From the NCBI GenBank assembly GCA_964646385.1, contig CAZYEC010000003.1, positions 6,350 to 70,349 on the forward strand: a stretch of DNA of 64,000 bases, in the 5' to 3' direction. The position numbers were made by a program, and so were the translations under genes. Every line of letters begins with the position of its first letter. The first letter of the stretch is position 1. Under the pieces are notes generated by a model. That model saw nothing but the letters and a program-made list of their open reading frames with translations, had not been told where the DNA came from and ran no database searches. Positions 62,049-64,000 of this stretch are shown here, one piece after another. Source of the DNA: an uncultured Eubacteriales bacterium. GTDB taxonomy: Bacteria; Bacillota; Sulfobacillia; Fermentithermobacillales; Fermentithermobacillaceae.

Positions 62049-62936
62049 CTACTGCCCCCCGAATTCTCCTCGTTCAATATCCCTATGCTCGATCACTACA
62101 GTGTGTTCTTTTCGCTCCAAATGCGTTTTGAGTTTTTCTCCTATTACCGCGGACCGGTGCCTGCCCCCTGTGCAACCAATAGCTACAGTCAAATGAGTCT
62201 TGCCTTCTTCAACGTATTTCGGTAACAGAAAATCCATGAATCTTCTCAGGTGCGAGAGGAACGAAGAGGTAACTACAGGCCGGCTCACATATTCCACGAC
62301 CAAAGGGTCGAGGCCGGTAAGAGGCTTCAATTCCTTAATGTAATAAGGATTGGGCAAGAAACGGACGTCGAAAACAAGATCGGCATCCATGGGCAGCCCG
62401 TGCTTGAAACCGAATGTCACGATCGTCACCAGCAGCTTTTGCAGTTTGACTTCCTTGGAAAAAATCTCGATCAACTGGCGGCGAAGATCCCCGGGCAGAA
62501 GGGTTGAGGTGTCAATAATAATGCTTGCCCAGGACCTGAGATCCGACAGCAGCTGTCTTTCTTCCCGGATCCCTTCAAGCATGCTCCCTTGGGGCGACAA
62601 AGGGTGGCGCCTGCGGGTTTCCTTGTAGCGCCTGACAAGGGTTTCGTCTTCTGCTTCCAAAAAAAGGACTGTGGGGCGAATACCTTTGGCGCGCAGGGTC
62701 TCGACTGTATCGGCAAGATCCATGAAAAATTCCCCGCCCCTGATGTCCACCACCAGGGCAATTCTCATAACTTCTTCCCTCGCCCGGCTGTACAGGTCCG
62801 TAAACGCCGGTATGAGGGACGGAGGGAGGTTGTCCACACAAAAGTAACCGAGATCCTCCAAGGTCCTCAGGGCTTGAGACTTCCCGGCGCCGGAAAGTCC
62901 CGTGATTATTACCATGTTGTGGTTAGCTTGTACCAA
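62049..62936 (-). CDS. rapZ: RNase adaptor protein RapZ (YvcJ, P-loop ATPase)
   Basis: ITGLSGAGKSQALRTLEDLGYFCVDNLP Walker A region and a C-terminal RapZ domain. Confidence 0.92.
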   Translation of the reverse strand: MVQANHNMVIITGLSGAGKSQALRTLEDLGYFCVDNLPPSLIPAFTDLYSRAREEVMRIALVVDIRGGEFFMDLADTVETLRAKGIRPTVLFLEAEDETLVRRYKETRRRHPLSPQGSMLEGIREERQLLSDLRSWASIIIDTSTLLPGDLRRQLIEIFSKEVKLQKLLVTIVTFGFKHGLPMDADLVFDVRFLPNPYYIKELKPLTGLDPLVVEYVSRPVVTSSFLSHLRRFMDFLLPKYVEEGKTHLTVAIGCTGGRHRSAVIGEKLKTHLERKEHTVVIEHRDIERGEFGGQ

Positions 62937-62957
62937 AAAATCACACTTCTTCTGACT

Positions 62958-63785
62958 CTACTCCTCCCCGGGTGCGAGTCCCAGGGTGTTCCAAAAGGTT
63001 TCGTACGCCGATGGGTTATGAAGAAAATCAAGATTTTTCCCGGAACGCCAGGCTTCATATATGCTGCGACCGCGGCGAAAGCCCAGTTCCGGAATTTCAC
63101 CCGATTTTACCAGCCTGGGTTTGGGGTGAGACTCGTACATGTCGTTGGGCATGAAGATGCTTTGCCCCTTATATTTCACGTCGTAGTAAGCCATTCCTTT
63201 GCGGCGTCTGATGGGGTCGTAAACAGACTCGAAACTTCGGGCTATCCAGTTGGCCATGACAAGAGGCTCGGGACCGGGATTTACGGTGACGTGTCCGTAA
63301 AAAGGGGGAATGAGCAGGATATCACCTGCTTCGAAATCGGCTACGGCAAAATCGTCCACTTTTCCGCTAATCTGCCCGCCACGTTGCATCAGAAAATGAG
63401 CGCACCCCCAAAGAACCTGGTAGACTTCCGGGTACGACCAAGGTTGCCCCGGGACGCGCGGGTGATAATGGCCAACGGTTTTTACAAATTCTGAACCGAT
63501 TTTCCCGGGGGACACAACGGTAATGTCGTAACGAAGGCCTGCGGCGTGTATGGCCCTTTGGTCGTCTTCAAACCCCGTACACCTGTACATTCTGTAAAGT
63601 ATGTCGGGCCCTTTTTCCCCGGGATACAGGAGTACCGGGTGGGCATCCTGAAGCGTCCTTTCGGCGGGCCGGACGGCAGCGACTCCTTGACCAAAACGCA
63701 GCGTGCCGTCTTTGAGCCACAAATCGAAGCCCGCCAGTTTCGATAAGTTGTGTCCGTCACTTCGGACGTTTTGCATTTCTGTCAC
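62958..63785 (-). CDS. Cupin-type glucose-6-phosphate isomerase-like protein (cPGI family)
   Basis: VGHYHPRVPGQPWSYPEVYQVLWG matches the metal-binding TxGHxH...EVYxxLxG signature of archaeal-type cupin PGI. 275 aa. Confidence 0.6.
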   Translation of the reverse strand: MTEMQNVRSDGHNLSKLAGFDLWLKDGTLRFGQGVAAVRPAERTLQDAHPVLLYPGEKGPDILYRMYRCTGFEDDQRAIHAAGLRYDITVVSPGKIGSEFVKTVGHYHPRVPGQPWSYPEVYQVLWGCAHFLMQRGGQISGKVDDFAVADFEAGDILLIPPFYGHVTVNPGPEPLVMANWIARSFESVYDPIRRRKGMAYYDVKYKGQSIFMPNDMYESHPKPRLVKSGEIPELGFRRGRSIYEAWRSGKNLDFLHNPSAYETFWNTLGLAPGEE

Positions 63786-63819
63786 CTAATCTCGTCGGGT
63801 TTGTGGGCGCTTTGTTAAT

Positions 63820-64000
63820 CTACCCTTTCGGATTCCTGGGTTTGCAGATGAGTTCCAGCACTTCGGTGTCAAAAAAAGTCTTTGCATGTGAAGGCAATAT
63901 GACCAGGGCGGTGTCAAGCCCTCCGCCCGATCCCCCCAGGGAAATGACGGGCTTGCCAAAAGGTATGAGGCCCGCATCCAAGGCCATGACGGCAATCTCA
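63820..64000 (-). CDS. Partial CDS (C-terminal roughly 60 aa; the gene continues beyond the window) resembling a pyruvate-kinase alpha/beta (PK_C-like) domain protein
   Basis: The minus-strand frame reads ...EIAVMALDAGLIPFGKPVISLGGSGGGLDTALVILPSHAKTFFDTEVLELICKPRNPKG* with no stops to the window edge. It is more protein-like than the listed 63786..63995 ORF. Confidence 0.4.
   Translation of the reverse strand, partial: EIAVMALDAGLIPFGKPVISLGGSGGGLDTALVILPSHAKTFFDTEVLELICKPRNPKG

Noticed and set aside
63786-63995. 69-aa minus-strand ORF from the track at the window end
   Set aside because: Low-complexity translation. A different minus-strand frame (63820-64000) gives a protein-like PK_C-type C-terminus and was preferred.

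Overview
This window is a contiguous, almost entirely plus-strand block of core genes from a high-GC (about 55-58%), sporulating, flagellated Firmicute that looks Clostridia-like. Gene order is strongly syntenic with the Bacillus subtilis 3.6-3.8 Mb region. In order the window contains: rho, rpmE, a DUF1385 gene, prfA, prmC, a Sua5/TsaC gene fused to a low-molecular-weight phosphatase, rpiB and ywlG. Then come dCMP deaminase, tagO and mnaA. A complete nine-gene V-type (Ntp) ATPase operon follows (G-I-K-E-C-F-A-B-D). After it come spoIID, a degenerate M23 SpoIIQ-like gene and spoIIID, then flagellar rod genes, fabZ, metK and comFC. The late flagellar cluster is yvyF-flgM-flgN-flgK-flgL-fliW-csrA-fliD-fliS-fliT-like, with no flagellin gene in the usual slot. 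A convergent csp gene and hpf follow. Between hpf and secA sits a four-gene block not present in the Bacillus gene order, made of two hypothetical proteins, an HD-GYP protein and a small membrane protein. After secA comes prfB, which has the classic programmed +1 frameshift. Next are a secreted hypothetical protein, csaB on the minus strand divergent from tagA, a split transketolase, ftsE-ftsX with a coiled-coil M23 endopeptidase, ctpA/B, a PDZ membrane protein and uvrB-uvrA-uvrC. The last plus-strand module is three genes (DUF2089, DUF4097, small protein) that share a roughly 25-aa helical motif. The minus-strand genes at the end are rapZ, yvcK, whiA, a cupin-type PGI and a partial CDS at the window edge. 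I saw no rRNA, tRNA, CRISPR array, transposase, integrase or obvious defence system, so most of the window is housekeeping. The best candidates for something under-described are the triple-motif DUF2089/DUF4097 module, the hpf-secA inserted block with its repeat-flanked leader, and the TsaC-phosphatase fusion. CDS coordinates follow the supplied ORF track, refined by counting residues. Non-coding features such as promoters and terminators were located by eye and may be off by 1-3 nt.
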